This document shows, piece after piece, positions 10,098 to 22,610 of a stretch of DNA of 64,000 nt (positions are counted from its first letter, which is position 1; each line of letters opens with the position of its first letter). A program made the position numbers and the translations under genes. The stretch is from NCBI GenBank assembly GCA_036378835.1, contig DASUVS010000031.1:7002-71001 (forward strand). Reading direction: 5' to 3'. Source of the DNA: Candidatus Binatia bacterium (lineage in GTDB: Bacteria; Desulfobacterota; Binatia; UBA9968). The notes beneath the pieces are model-generated. The model was not told where the DNA came from, searched no databases, and saw nothing but the letters and a program-made list of their open reading frames with translations.

Positions 10098-10907
10098 TTA
10101 GGTTTGTTCGACTGTAGAGCGGAACGGATCGCGTGGAATGAAGAAGCGTAAACCGGTTTCGGCATCTTCGGCGGCCTTCATGTCTACGCCTAAGAATTCC
10201 TTGATGTTTGTCTCAGTGATGACTTCGGCAGCGGCTCCGCAGGCGCAAAGCTGTCCTGAGCCAAGCAGCAGCGCCTTATCCGCGAATAGGGAAATCAGAT
10301 TGACATCATGTAAAACGGTCAGGACGGTGGTCTGCTGCTCGACGCACTGTCTCTTCAGGGCGGACAGAATCTGCAGCTGATGGTAAAGATCCAGGTGAAC
10401 CGTCGGCTCATCCAGCAGAAGGATGCCGGCAGACTGCGCCAACGCTCGCGCGATCAAGACCTTCTGCTGCTCCCCACCGCTCAATGTCGTGAAGGTTCGC
10501 TCACTGAGATGAAGCGAGTGGGTTGCCTCTAGTGCTCTTCTCACTGCTAAATTGTCCACGCTCGAGAATCTGAAGCGGGAGGCGTGGGGGAAGCGACCCA
10601 GCGATACCAGTTCAAATGCGGTGAGCGGAAAACTGAGCCCGGTCTGCTGCGAAACATAGGCAATTGTTTTTGCCAGCTGTTTTGGCGCATAGACCTGCAA
10701 TCTGCGGCTGTCGAGCAATACCTCACCGGCACTGGGTCGCAGATGCCCAAGAAGGATTCGAAGCAGGGTGGTTTTTCCGGAACCGTTCGGGCCGATCAGC
10801 GCCGCCAGCTCACCGGCGCCGATTGAAAACGAAATGTTTGTTAAAACGGGCTCGTTCGCGTAGCTAAAAGAAAGCTCCTGTGCCTGAATGGCGACTCTGC
10901 GATTCAT
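10098..10907 (-). CDS. ABC transporter ATP-binding protein (BtuD/FepC-type)
   Basis: Walker A 'GPNGSGKTT', signature 'LSGGEQQ', Walker B 'LLLDEP'. Operon with a FecCD permease. Confidence 0.9.
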   Translation of the reverse strand: MNRRVAIQAQELSFSYANEPVLTNISFSIGAGELAALIGPNGSGKTTLLRILLGHLRPSAGEVLLDSRRLQVYAPKQLAKTIAYVSQQTGLSFPLTAFELVSLGRFPHASRFRFSSVDNLAVRRALEATHSLHLSERTFTTLSGGEQQKVLIARALAQSAGILLLDEPTVHLDLYHQLQILSALKRQCVEQQTTVLTVLHDVNLISLFADKALLLGSGQLCACGAAAEVITETNIKEFLGVDMKAAEDAETGLRFFIPRDPFRSTVEQT

Positions 10908-11885
10908 TTAGAAGGTGTAACCCGCGGGTTCTTTGCCGATGAGGTAAAGAAAGATAGGCACGCCGAGCAATGAAGTAACGATGCCCACTGGCAGTTCAGC
11001 GGGAGCTATGATGATCCGCGCAGCGGTGTCGCACAGGACTAGAAAGACACCCCCGGAAAAAAAGGTTAGCGGGAACAAAGTTCTATGATCGGCGCCGAAG
11101 ATGAGGCGGATCATATGAGGCACGATCAGGCCGACGAAGCCGATCAATCCGGCGACGGAAACCGAAATCGAAGTTAACAGCGCCGCAAGGATAGCGTAGA
11201 GCAACTGAATCCGGTCAGTGCGAATTCCACTGCTGCTGGCCGTCTCCTCACCTAAAAGCAAAACGTTGAGCTCGGAGGCGAAATAGCAGGCGAAGATCAG
11301 CGCCAGCGGCACTAATCCTAGTGAAACCCAGGTTGTATCCCAACTCGAACTGGAAAAGCCGCCAAGAAAGAAGAAGATCAGCGATTTCAGCTCTTCACCG
11401 GCGACGAGCATGAAGATGGCCACCAGTGAAGAAAGAAAGAGACCGACACCTAGACCCGAGAGAAGCAGTCGGAAGATCGAGAAGCCGCCGTTAAGGTGGC
11501 CCAAGTAAAACACCAATCCCAACGCCATGAGCGAACCGAGAAATGCAAAAAAACTGATAGCTGCGAAACTGGCTACTGGAGAAGCGAGTCCCAACACCAC
11601 GGCGGCTGCGGCTCCCAGGGACGCGCCGGATGAGACGCCGAGCAGATAACTGTCGGCCAGTGGATTTCGAAACAGGCCCTGAAAGATGGCCCCGGCTAGC
11701 GCCAGTCCTCCGCCAACGAAAAAAGCTGAAAGGCTCCGGGGCAGACGCAAGTTCAACAAAATTGAACGGTCCGTTGCAGACATTTCAAAAAAAGAAATGG
11801 GCATCGGTCCAACACTAATTCCGAGCACGAACGAGAGAAATACGGCAATGCCGATCAGCAACCAGCTCGGTTTCTTCAGCTTCAA
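10908..11885 (-). CDS. FecCD/BtuC-family ABC permease
   Basis: 325-aa polytopic membrane protein with FecCD-like sequence, abutting the ATPase gene. Confidence 0.85.
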   Translation of the reverse strand: MKLKKPSWLLIGIAVFLSFVLGISVGPMPISFFEMSATDRSILLNLRLPRSLSAFFVGGGLALAGAIFQGLFRNPLADSYLLGVSSGASLGAAAAVVLGLASPVASFAAISFFAFLGSLMALGLVFYLGHLNGGFSIFRLLLSGLGVGLFLSSLVAIFMLVAGEELKSLIFFFLGGFSSSSWDTTWVSLGLVPLALIFACYFASELNVLLLGEETASSSGIRTDRIQLLYAILAALLTSISVSVAGLIGFVGLIVPHMIRLIFGADHRTLFPLTFFSGGVFLVLCDTAARIIIAPAELPVGIVTSLLGVPIFLYLIGKEPAGYTF

Positions 11886-12838
11886 TTTGCCTCCGGCGCC
11901 GGCCGTGACGCGTTTCTAGTGTCACTAACCAGGCAGCCGTGAATCTTCTTGAGCCCGTTTACAAATTGAACACTGCGTCTGATGTCCCGCTCCTCGATAA
12001 AACAGAACCGCTCGTTCCGGACTCCGTCAATGACGCTCCAGCCCGCTTGTGTTTTAATTCGTTCGGCGAACGGTTTCTGATCACCGAGGAATATCAGCAC
12101 TTCGGGATTGCGCTGGATAATCGATTCAAGGCTAATTTGCCCCGAGTCGAAGGGCATGTCGCCAAAAATGTTAATGCCTCCAGCGGCGGCAACCAGCCAG
12201 TGAGGAAAAGAGGACCGTCCCACCGTGATCAACGGCTCGGTCCACATCTGCAGGTACACCCGTTGTCTCCGATGATTCCTGGCGCTGGCCTCGATTTCGA
12301 GAAGTTTTCTTTGCGTCTCATCGAGTATTTGCTCCGCCTTGTGCTCTCGTCCGAGCAGTTGCCCGAGGAGCAAGAAGTCCTTGCGCAGACTGGTCATATC
12401 ATGAGGCCAGAGACTCAACACCGGGTAACCCATATTCTTCAGTGGCACAGCAAATCTCTGCTGGCTCGGGCCATTCGTCAGAATCAAATCCGGCTGGAGT
12501 CGAACGATTTTTTCGAGATTGGCGTCGAATCCTCCGCCGACAATATCGATCTTCTTGTGATCAACCCGGCTTTTCAGCTCTTGGGGACTTTCGTCGTAAC
12601 GGGTGCCGCCTTTCAGTCTATCGCAAACCAGCAGGCATACCATCTCGGAATTCGTCGGCACTAAAGACACGATCCGTTGGACATTTTGTTTGATCGCCAC
12701 TTTGAAGCCGAGATCGTCAATTACGATCCGCTCTGCCGCAACCGCAGAAGACCCTTTTAACAATAGCATTGTAAACAGCGCGACCGCGATGGTTGCGGTT
12801 CTCAAGCCGACATTGTGAAGCGGCGGGCGAGTTCGCAT
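11882..12838 (-). CDS. Periplasmic binding protein (BtuF/class 8 type), probable corrinoid binding
   Basis: Sequence looks like the periplasmic-binding component of a FecCD/BtuC-type importer (no single motif picked out). The call rests mainly on position in the riboswitch-controlled operon. The ATG at 12838 lies 1 nt after the receptor stop and gives a signal peptide. Confidence 0.75.
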   Translation of the reverse strand: MRTRPPLHNVGLRTATIAVALFTMLLLKGSSAVAAERIVIDDLGFKVAIKQNVQRIVSLVPTNSEMVCLLVCDRLKGGTRYDESPQELKSRVDHKKIDIVGGGFDANLEKIVRLQPDLILTNGPSQQRFAVPLKNMGYPVLSLWPHDMTSLRKDFLLLGQLLGREHKAEQILDETQRKLLEIEASARNHRRQRVYLQMWTEPLITVGRSSFPHWLVAAAGGINIFGDMPFDSGQISLESIIQRNPEVLIFLGDQKPFAERIKTQAGWSVIDGVRNERFCFIEERDIRRSVQFVNGLKKIHGCLVSDTRNASRPAPEAN

Positions 12839-12839
12839 T

Positions 12840-14900
12840 TCAGTAACGGAACGAAAGACCGGCAAAGACATTGATGCCAGGCGCGGGAACACGGAAAGAT
12901 TCGTTGAACGGCGCTCCGACCAAGATTCCTGAGGTGGAGTATTTTCGGTCGGTAAGATTGTTCAAAGTCACGTGCGCCAGCCATTCGCGCCATTCGTAGG
13001 CGATGCGGCTGTTCAGCACAAAATAATCGGCGAGTTTTTTTGCCGCATTCGGTTCGTCTCGCAATTGGTACTGCTCGCCCACATAATTGCCGAACAAGGA
13101 GAACGTTAGCCGATCTAAAGGACGGACATTCACACCCAGGCCGACCCGATGACGCGGCACCAGTGGTAGCTCGTCACCTTTCGTGACCGGACGGGGGGGA
13201 TCGACAGCGTTGATGCCAGGAATGAAGAAATCTGTTTCAAAGGTTGCCTTGGTCAGCGTGTAATTGATGAACGCATCGATCCATTTATCCGGACGCAGCT
13301 TGAACGAAACTTCCACGCCTTGGCGCAGGGTTCTACTGATATTTTCATTACGGCCGGAAAATGGGTTTAGGGGGTCGGTGGCGATAAATAGGATTTCGTC
13401 CCGCACCGGCGTGTAAAACAGGGATATCGCGGCTTCCAGCCATTCAGCTGGTTTTGCCTTGAATCCCGTCTCAAAATTGCGGCTTCTCATCGGCTCCAGG
13501 TTCAGGTTTGAACCGAACGGCCCCAACGCGAAGATTTCCTGGACAGTGGGTACTCGAACTCCCTGTGAGTAATTAAAATAAAGGCTTAAATTCTCAACCG
13601 GAGTATAGGTCAAACCGGTCTTAGGGCTAAATCGTTTGAATTCCTTGGTTCCGCTCAGAGTCGGATCGGTCTTACCGGTGAAATTCAGACGGTCCCAGTC
13701 ATAGCGGAACCCAGCGTTGAGGATCAGAGAATCGAAAATGTTCAAGCTATTGGTAAAAAAAACTCCGACAACGTTCTCTCGGGTCGATTGCTCGGTAATG
13801 AAGTCGCCTGGACAGCAGATAAACGCGGAAGCGCTGGTAGTTTCAAAACGATTGTGGCCGTACTCGAGCCCGGTTGCGGCAACATTCTTTTTCGCCAGGA
13901 TAGTTCCTTCATGGCTGATTTGAATGGTGCCGCCTGCCGAGAGGGTGTCAGTGTCTAGATTTGAATTGCTTGAAAGCCCGCGTACGAAGATTTGCTGATC
14001 ATGGTTGCGCAAAAATCCATTGACAGCCAGCGAGAATGCCGCTGGCAGCTTTTGACGGACGTTCAATCCGATCAGATCGAGATTGGAATCCGCAAAATCC
14101 CCGGGGGTCAGGTTGTGCCGACGCCGACCCGCTCGGAGGAAGCTGCCTGGCAGTGACCCCGCTTGCTTTAGATGATCCTGGACGTGAGTGTAGGAGAGGG
14201 TCGCATCGGTCGAGTCGCTGAACTGGTAACCGGCTTTGCCAAATAGCCGGCTAATTCTGGCGCCGGTGCCGTCGCGAAAACCGTCGCTGAGCTCGCGGCT
14301 AACATTAAGCAGATAATCCAAATTCTTGAGCGCCAGCGGCCCGTCGCTACTCAATGAATATCTTTGTCGAGCGTAGCTTCCGGCGCCGAGGTCGAAACCG
14401 ATATGCGGGCGGTCTCGACGGCCGCGCTTCGTGGTAATGTTGATGACCCCGCCCAACGCATTGCGTCCGAAAACCGTCGCTGTGCCCGGAAGAATTTCTA
14501 AACGCTCGATACTCTCGATTGGAATCAAATCAAAGTTGATGCTGTTGAAATCCGGCTCATTGACGCGAACGCCGTCGACAAACACACTGGTACCGGGGAC
14601 TGGCTGGCCATTGAAACCGCGTAGATCGACGCTTGCCTGAAACTCGTTGCCGATGGCATCGTAAAGAACTATTCCTGTTTGATGCTGAAGCACTTCCTGA
14701 ACCGTACTTGCGCCCAACTCCTCGATCTCTTCTGTGGTGATGACTATTACTTTGCCGGGTATCTGGGCAACCGGCTGGTCGATGTCCCGTAGTCGCGTTG
14801 CAGTGACTAAAACCGGCGGAAGAGTTTTGTCAGTTGGTTCGGCAGCCGGGAGTGCGGCTGCGAAAAGTACTAATACAACAAAACAAAATAGCGCTTTCAT
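12840..14900 (-). CDS. btuB: TonB-dependent outer-membrane receptor (BtuB-like)
   Basis: Signal peptide 'MKALFCFVVLVLFAAALPA', plug and beta-barrel sequence ending in 'GLSFRY', GGAGG RBS before the ATG at 14900, cobalamin riboswitch immediately upstream. Confidence 0.85.
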   Translation of the reverse strand: MKALFCFVVLVLFAAALPAAEPTDKTLPPVLVTATRLRDIDQPVAQIPGKVIVITTEEIEELGASTVQEVLQHQTGIVLYDAIGNEFQASVDLRGFNGQPVPGTSVFVDGVRVNEPDFNSINFDLIPIESIERLEILPGTATVFGRNALGGVINITTKRGRRDRPHIGFDLGAGSYARQRYSLSSDGPLALKNLDYLLNVSRELSDGFRDGTGARISRLFGKAGYQFSDSTDATLSYTHVQDHLKQAGSLPGSFLRAGRRRHNLTPGDFADSNLDLIGLNVRQKLPAAFSLAVNGFLRNHDQQIFVRGLSSNSNLDTDTLSAGGTIQISHEGTILAKKNVAATGLEYGHNRFETTSASAFICCPGDFITEQSTRENVVGVFFTNSLNIFDSLILNAGFRYDWDRLNFTGKTDPTLSGTKEFKRFSPKTGLTYTPVENLSLYFNYSQGVRVPTVQEIFALGPFGSNLNLEPMRSRNFETGFKAKPAEWLEAAISLFYTPVRDEILFIATDPLNPFSGRNENISRTLRQGVEVSFKLRPDKWIDAFINYTLTKATFETDFFIPGINAVDPPRPVTKGDELPLVPRHRVGLGVNVRPLDRLTFSLFGNYVGEQYQLRDEPNAAKKLADYFVLNSRIAYEWREWLAHVTLNNLTDRKYSTSGILVGAPFNESFRVPAPGINVFAGLSFRY

Positions 14901-14933
14901 GAAAACCTCCTTTTCCCGCGAAAGGGGATTGTT

Positions 14934-15137
14934 GCGGCAGCACGGCAGGTCTCCTGGCTTGAGCGTCAAACCTACTTGCCGCGCCTTCCCATCCGCGACT
15001 TTGGATTTTAGATCTCCGATTTTGGATTGAACCAAAGTCAAAAACCTAAATTCATGAATCGATTCGGACAGTGGCTCGCGATGCGGCGTTCGTAGCTCTT
15101 ACAGTTGCGGGGCAGCAGAGGACTTTCCCCTCGCCGC
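14934..15137 (-). promoter_or_regulatory. Cobalamin riboswitch (proximal copy, atypical, with repeat insertion)
   Basis: The minus strand reads GGGGAAAGTCC…GCTGCCCCGCAACTGTAA…GCCACTG…[~75 nt insert]…GGGAAGGCG…AGCCAGGAGACCTGCC (B12 box), ending about 30 nt before the receptor RBS. The usual GGTG-AA-TCC segment is abbreviated. Confidence 0.7.
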
Positions 15138-15145
15138 GACACCAC

Positions 15146-15215
15146 CATTTTGGATTTTGGATCGCCGATTTTGGATTCAATCTCAAATCCAAAATCTAAA
15201 ATCGAAAATCGCTGG
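15146..15215. repeat. Imperfect palindrome of GATTTTGGATT-type units
   Basis: 'ttttggattttggatcgccgattttggattcaatc' faces its near reverse complement 'tcaaatccaaaatctaaaatcgaaaatcgc'. A third single arm lies at about 14996-15033, inside the riboswitch. Confidence 0.8.
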
Positions 15216-15448
15216 TCGGGTATCGTGGGAGGAAGAGTCACCTCTTTCCCTATAGCCGGCTGCGGTTAATGGATGTTTTTACTGGCTCCTTCCTAATTCA
15301 AATGGGATCCAGTCTTCTTGCGCGCGCGAACGGAGAAAGGCCCGGCTGTTTCGAATTAAAAACAGAAGGTGGCTCCAGTTCGGGGCGGAGACTAGTTCGG
15401 GATTAACAATACACAACCTTTCTCTCTCTGTCGGAGAGTTCGGTGTAA

Positions 15449-15620
15449 GGCTCTAGGAGGTCTCCTGGCTTACGGGTTGGAGAGGCTTTCCTCGCCTATC
15501 TTTCACGCCTTCCCATCCTTGTGCGATCGCACAGGACAGTGGCTGCCGGTGAAAGATCTTACCCGATTACAGTGGCGGGACCGCGCCGGATTCGCACCGG
15601 CTTCCGTTGATCTTAGAGCC
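15449..15620 (-). promoter_or_regulatory. Cobalamin riboswitch (distal copy, canonical)
   Basis: The minus strand reads GGCTCTA…GGAAGCCGGTGCGAATCCGGCGCGGTCCCGCCACTGTAA…GCCACTG…GGGAAGGCG…AGCCAGGAGACCT…TAGAGCC. All conserved blocks are present and a closing P1 (GGCTCTA/TAGAGCC) can be drawn. Confidence 0.85.
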
Positions 15621-15724
15621 AAACTTATGTCGCGGAAATTACCTGCTGAGCTGGAGATTGTCAATTCGAAATTGCGAATTGAATCCGCTGAGAGGCTGGC
15701 CATCGACCACCGAGACTGCAATCA

Positions 15725-16618
15725 TCACAGGATTAACCAAAACACGGTTGGGATCGTAACCACCGAAATAAAAGTGCTCAGCACAACGATGGACGCAGCG
15801 AGCTCCGGGTCCTTGCCATACTTTTCCGTGAGCACGAAATTAATCACTGCTGCCGGGAGAGCGCCGTAAAGCAGCAACACCTGGCGATTGACCCCTTCAG
15901 CAGCGATCAATTGAACGACGATAGATGCTGTCAGAAATCCGCCGCAGATTCGAACGAGAGCGCCGCCTACGGCATGGCGCCATTTAAACGACTGGAATTC
16001 ATGGAGGCGGTACCCCAAGCTAACAAGCATGATCGGAATGGTTGCCTGCCCAAGCATGGCTATTGGTTGAAAGAGCAGGTCCGGTATGGTCATTCGGTTA
16101 AGATTCAACATTAAACCGGCAAAGGTTGCATAGATCAAAGGCAGACGAAAAATTTCGATCCAATTGCCACGCCCGCTCAGAAGGTAAATGCCCAATGAAT
16201 ACTGAAGCAACGTAATGATCACAAACATCAACGTGGCGCGTTGCATGCCCGCTTGGCCGAAGGCGAACAATGCCAGTGGAATGCCCATATTGCCCGCATT
16301 CATGAACAACACAGGTAGAGCAAAGCCGCGCGAGCTAAAACGGAACAATGAGAAGTAGAGCCGGATCAGTAATCCTACACCAGCGAAGATCAGAAGAACG
16401 CCCGCTGCTAGGACAAAAATATCGTTTAACAAGATTGGTTTACTGGCCAAAGAGGTAAACGCCAGTGAAGGCGTTCCCAAATAGACGATGAGTTCCGTGA
16501 TTGGAAATAGAGTGATTTTCTTCCAGTGTGCGAAGCAAAAGCCGATGGTGATTAGCACAAAAACCGGAACAACAGGGAAGAGGGGAATGAAGACTTCCAT
16601 CTCGGATAGGTCTGACAA
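15725..16618 (-). CDS. AEC-family (auxin efflux carrier-like) membrane transporter
   Basis: About 10-TM protein with AEC-like sequence. The start is uncertain (TTG 16618 or ATG 16600). It directly follows cobS. Confidence 0.7.
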   Translation of the reverse strand: MSDLSEMEVFIPLFPVVPVFVLITIGFCFAHWKKITLFPITELIVYLGTPSLAFTSLASKPILLNDIFVLAAGVLLIFAGVGLLIRLYFSLFRFSSRGFALPVLFMNAGNMGIPLALFAFGQAGMQRATLMFVIITLLQYSLGIYLLSGRGNWIEIFRLPLIYATFAGLMLNLNRMTIPDLLFQPIAMLGQATIPIMLVSLGYRLHEFQSFKWRHAVGGALVRICGGFLTASIVVQLIAAEGVNRQVLLLYGALPAAVINFVLTEKYGKDPELAASIVVLSTFISVVTIPTVFWLIL

Positions 16619-17329
16619 TTAGAGTGTTGCCAACAGCACCAGGCTCAAGGCTTCGCTCGCTTCGACGACGGCGCCGAAGTTATCCTTAGTTAGCGCGCCG
16701 GTTCGCTTGTGGAACAGAGCTCGACAAAACAGGGCGAGAATTGAAAGACAAAGCCCGATCCACAGGGCGGTCCGGCCAAGGAAGTAAGTTGCCGGCGCGA
16801 GTGTCGCAATGGTTGCAAACACAAAATGCCAGAATCTCATGTTGGCCGCGATAATGCCGGCTTCCCCTTCACTGTGTCGATATGAACCGTAGATAAAAAC
16901 CAGCATCGTCCAGCGCGCCATTACAGGGATTAGTAATAAAGCGACAGTGAGCCTCTCTTCTAGGATATCCAGCGACTTGATTTTGAAAAGTATCACGAAG
17001 ACAATCGCGATAATCCCAACCGCGCTGCTAGATGAGTTGCTCCCCGCCGCTGGTTGTCTCAACGCTGGCGCATCGAACGTTTTTTTTAATCCTTCTAAGT
17101 GAACACCGCCGGTCACCAGTACCAGAAAAGCGACTATCGTCGTGCTGAGAAGTTCTGCATCCAAATAGTTTTGAAGTGCGCGCGCGAGCAGCACCAGGCT
17201 CACGCCAATCACTAAACCGACCACAGGGAAGAGCACCGATGCTGTACCAACCACGGCCGGGGTTGGTTGTGAGTGTATAAGCCTGCTTAAAATCGTAAGA
17301 AATTTTAACGCAGCGACAATGCTTTTCAT
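16619..17329 (-). CDS. cobS: Adenosylcobinamide-GDP ribazoletransferase (cobalamin synthase)
   Basis: N-terminus 'ALKFLTIL', a polytopic 236-aa CobS-like protein, cobalamin context. Confidence 0.8.
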   Translation of the reverse strand: MKSIVAALKFLTILSRLIHSQPTPAVVGTASVLFPVVGLVIGVSLVLLARALQNYLDAELLSTTIVAFLVLVTGGVHLEGLKKTFDAPALRQPAAGSNSSSSAVGIIAIVFVILFKIKSLDILEERLTVALLLIPVMARWTMLVFIYGSYRHSEGEAGIIAANMRFWHFVFATIATLAPATYFLGRTALWIGLCLSILALFCRALFHKRTGALTKDNFGAVVEASEALSLVLLATL

Positions 17330-17465
17330 CCGCTTCCTTTTCTCTTAGAGATGTGGCGCTGTCAATCGATGGGCAATTTCGCACGTCCCATTGGAGTTTC
17401 CCTAAAATCGCTCGCAAGTTAAAATATTAGTCAATTAAATCAAGACCTTAAGGGGCGGTTTTAGC

Positions 17466-17494
17466 TTTACTTTTGCGCCCGATTCAGGTACTAT
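17466..17494 (+). promoter_or_regulatory. Putative sigma70-type promoter for gyrB
   Basis: TTTACT, 17 nt spacer, TACTAT, about 70 nt upstream of the gyrB start. Confidence 0.3.
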
Positions 17495-17551
17495 GTTGTT
17501 AGTCTCAAATCGGGTCTAACCCCAGAACTTTCCAGGCAATATTTCAGTTGA

Positions 17552-19993
<2,442 letters not shown>

Positions 19994-20074
19994 TTCAAAA
20001 CCAGATATTCGGGCGCGGCCAGACGATCTTTAGAACAAACGGCAGCGCGCAGCTCTCTACTTCCCGACTAACTT

Positions 20075-22528
20075 ATGGAAGCGACATTTAAATCGCAAAA
20101 AGTACCTGTCTATATCGAAGACGAGATGCGGCAGTCCTACATGGACTACGCTATGAGCGTCATTGTCGGCCGGGCATTGCCCGACGTCCGTGACGGACTC
20201 AAGCCGGTTCATCGGCGAGTGCTCTACGCTATGTACGACATGGGCAATACCTGGGACAAGCCGTATAAGAAATCTGCCCGGCTCGTCGGAGATATCATCG
20301 GCAAGTATCATCCGCATGGCGACACGGCGGTCTACGACACGATCGTCCGGATGGCGCAGGACTTTGTCATGCGTTACCCGTTTATAGATGGCCAAGGTAA
20401 TTTCGGGTCGGTGGACGGCGACTCCCCGGCGGCGATGCGCTACACCGAAATCCGAATGGCTCGTCTGGCAGAAGAGATTCTCGCGGATATTGAAAAAGAC
20501 ACCGTCGATTTCATTCCCAACTATGATGATTCTCTGAAAGAACCGGCGGTGCTGCCGTCGCGCATTCCTAATCTTCTGGTCAATGGCGCCTCCGGGATCG
20601 CGGTTGGAATGGCGACTAATATTCCGCCTCACAATATCGGCGAAATCGTCGATGGATTGGTTGCAATGGTGGAGAATCCTGGGATCACCATCAAAGAGTT
20701 GATGAAGTATATTCCCGGGCCGGATTTTCCAACCGCGGGCTTCATCCACGGCAAAGAACCGATCGTTCAAGCTTACAGCGACGGCAAAGGCATCGTGCAG
20801 ATGCGTGGCAAAGCGTTCACCGAAACGCTCAAACGCACCGGAAAAGAACAGATTATCATCAGCGAAATCCCTTTCATGGTCAACAAAGTGCGGCTCATTG
20901 AGCAGATTGCCGCCTTGGTCCAGGAGAAAAAAATCGACGGTATCTCCGATTTGCGCGATGAGTCGGACCGTGAGGGCATGCGCATCGTCATTGAGCTGAA
21001 GCGCGACGCCGTGCCCGAGGTTATTATCAATCAGCTGTATAAGCATACTTCGCTGCAAGAGTCCTTCGGGATCAATATGCTGGCGATCGTCGACGGAAGG
21101 CCAAAGCTTCTCAACCTCCGCGATGTCCTCCGGGCATTTTTGGATCACCGTAAAGAGGTCGTCACCCGGCGCACCGCTTTCGATCTTCGAAAAGCCGAAG
21201 AACGCCTGCATATTTTAGAAGGTCTGAGGATTGCGCTGGACAACCTCGATGCGGTGATCACGCTCATCCGTAACGCTAACGATCCGAAGGCGGCGAAAGA
21301 CGGCTTGGTGGCGAGCTTCGGGCTATCGGAACTTCAGGCGCAAGCGATTCTCGACATGCGCTTGCAGAGATTGACCGGCCTTGAGCGCGATAAGATTCTC
21401 CAGGAGCATAAGGAAACGGTGGAACTCATCGCCAAGCTGCTGGCGATTTTGGCCGATGAAAAGGAGATTTATAAAATCATTGTCACCGAGCTCAAAGATA
21501 TCAAAGAAAAATTCGGCGACGAGCGGCGAACGCAGATCGTTGCCCGCTCGGAAGAGATTTCCATCGAGGATATGATCGTCGATGAAGAGATGGCCGTAAC
21601 CATCTCGCACGAGGGTTACATCAAGCGCAACCCGGTGACTTTATACCGGGCGCAGCGGCGCGGCGGCAAAGGAAAGATCGGCACGACGACCAAAGAGGAA
21701 GATTTCGTCGAGTACTTAATCATCGCCTCGATGCACTCCTATATTCTGTTTTTTACGACCACCGGCAAGGTCTACTGGGTCAAAGTCCACGAACTGCCAC
21801 AGGCCAGCCGGGCTGCAAAGGGAAAGCCCATCGTTAACTTGCTTAATCTGGAACCGGGTGAAAGGGTCTCGGCTTTTCTTTCGGTTCGTGAATTCGTCGA
21901 GGGCCGGTTCGTTGTTTTCGCGACGAAGAAGGGCGCCGTCAAAAAAACCGATCTAATGTTGTATTCCAATCCGCGAGCGTCCGGAATACGGGCCATCGGC
22001 CTGGAAGACGGCGACGAGGTTATCGGAGTGCGGCTTACTGATGGGCAGCAAGAGCTTATTCTGTCGACCTTGGATGGCCAGTCCATCCGCTTCAAAGAAG
22101 ATCAGGTCCGTCCGACTGGGCGCGGAACTTATGGCGTCTTGGGTATGCGTCTTGATTCGGGCGACGCCGTGGTCAGTATGGAGATGCTCAATCGCGGCGC
22201 CAGCATTTTGACTGTCTCGGAAAAGGGTTATGGCAAGCGCACGGAGATGGAGGAGTATCGTCTCCAATCCCGCGGCGGCAAGGGTATCATCACGATGAAG
22301 GCCACTGAAAAGACTGGCCGCATCGTCGGCGGACAACAAGTTACCGACGACGATCAGCTCATGCTTGTGACCAACAATGGTAAAATCATTCGCCTGCGCA
22401 TGAGGGATATCCGGGTTATCGGACGCAATACACAAGGGGTGCGCCTGATCGATGTCGAGGAGGGCGAGCGAGTGGTCTCGCTGGCGCGGCTAGCCGAAAA
22501 AGAGGAAGACGAGGAAGAGCCGGAATAG
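20075..22528 (+). CDS. gyrA: DNA gyrase subunit A
   Basis: Unmistakable GyrA sequence ('[16 protein letters not shown]', '[14 protein letters not shown]', catalytic 'AAMRYTE') with an acidic C-terminal tail. Confidence 0.97.
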   Translation: MEATFKSQKVPVYIEDEMRQSYMDYAMSVIVGRALPDVRDGLKPVHRRVLYAMYDMGNTWDKPYKKSARLVGDIIGKYHPHGDTAVYDTIVRMAQDFVMRYPFIDGQGNFGSVDGDSPAAMRYTEIRMARLAEEILADIEKDTVDFIPNYDDSLKEPAVLPSRIPNLLVNGASGIAVGMATNIPPHNIGEIVDGLVAMVENPGITIKELMKYIPGPDFPTAGFIHGKEPIVQAYSDGKGIVQMRGKAFTETLKRTGKEQIIISEIPFMVNKVRLIEQIAALVQEKKIDGISDLRDESDREGMRIVIELKRDAVPEVIINQLYKHTSLQESFGINMLAIVDGRPKLLNLRDVLRAFLDHRKEVVTRRTAFDLRKAEERLHILEGLRIALDNLDAVITLIRNANDPKAAKDGLVASFGLSELQAQAILDMRLQRLTGLERDKILQEHKETVELIAKLLAILADEKEIYKIIVTELKDIKEKFGDERRTQIVARSEEISIEDMIVDEEMAVTISHEGYIKRNPVTLYRAQRRGGKGKIGTTTKEEDFVEYLIIASMHSYILFFTTTGKVYWVKVHELPQASRAAKGKPIVNLLNLEPGERVSAFLSVREFVEGRFVVFATKKGAVKKTDLMLYSNPRASGIRAIGLEDGDEVIGVRLTDGQQELILSTLDGQSIRFKEDQVRPTGRGTYGVLGMRLDSGDAVVSMEMLNRGASILTVSEKGYGKRTEMEEYRLQSRGGKGIITMKATEKTGRIVGGQQVTDDDQLMLVTNNGKIIRLRMRDIRVIGRNTQGVRLIDVEEGERVVSLARLAEKEEDEEEPE

Positions 22529-22610
22529 ATTTTTCCCGGACCGGCCGGTTCATCTGAACGCCTGATCGATCGAGTCCCCCCTTTAAAACTGCCCGACTTA
22601 TCACCAAATT

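Noticed and set aside
15038-15869. ORFs 15038-15241(-), 15477-15869(+) and 15503-15721(-)
   Set aside because: They overlap the two cobalamin riboswitches and the palindromic repeat. Peptides such as 'SKIGDPKSKM' are just the translated repeat.
20057-21211. 384-aa ORF antisense to gyrA
   Set aside because: It lies entirely within, and opposite to, an unmistakable gyrA reading frame. Its sequence is low-complexity and Asp/Arg/His-rich, so it is a shadow ORF.
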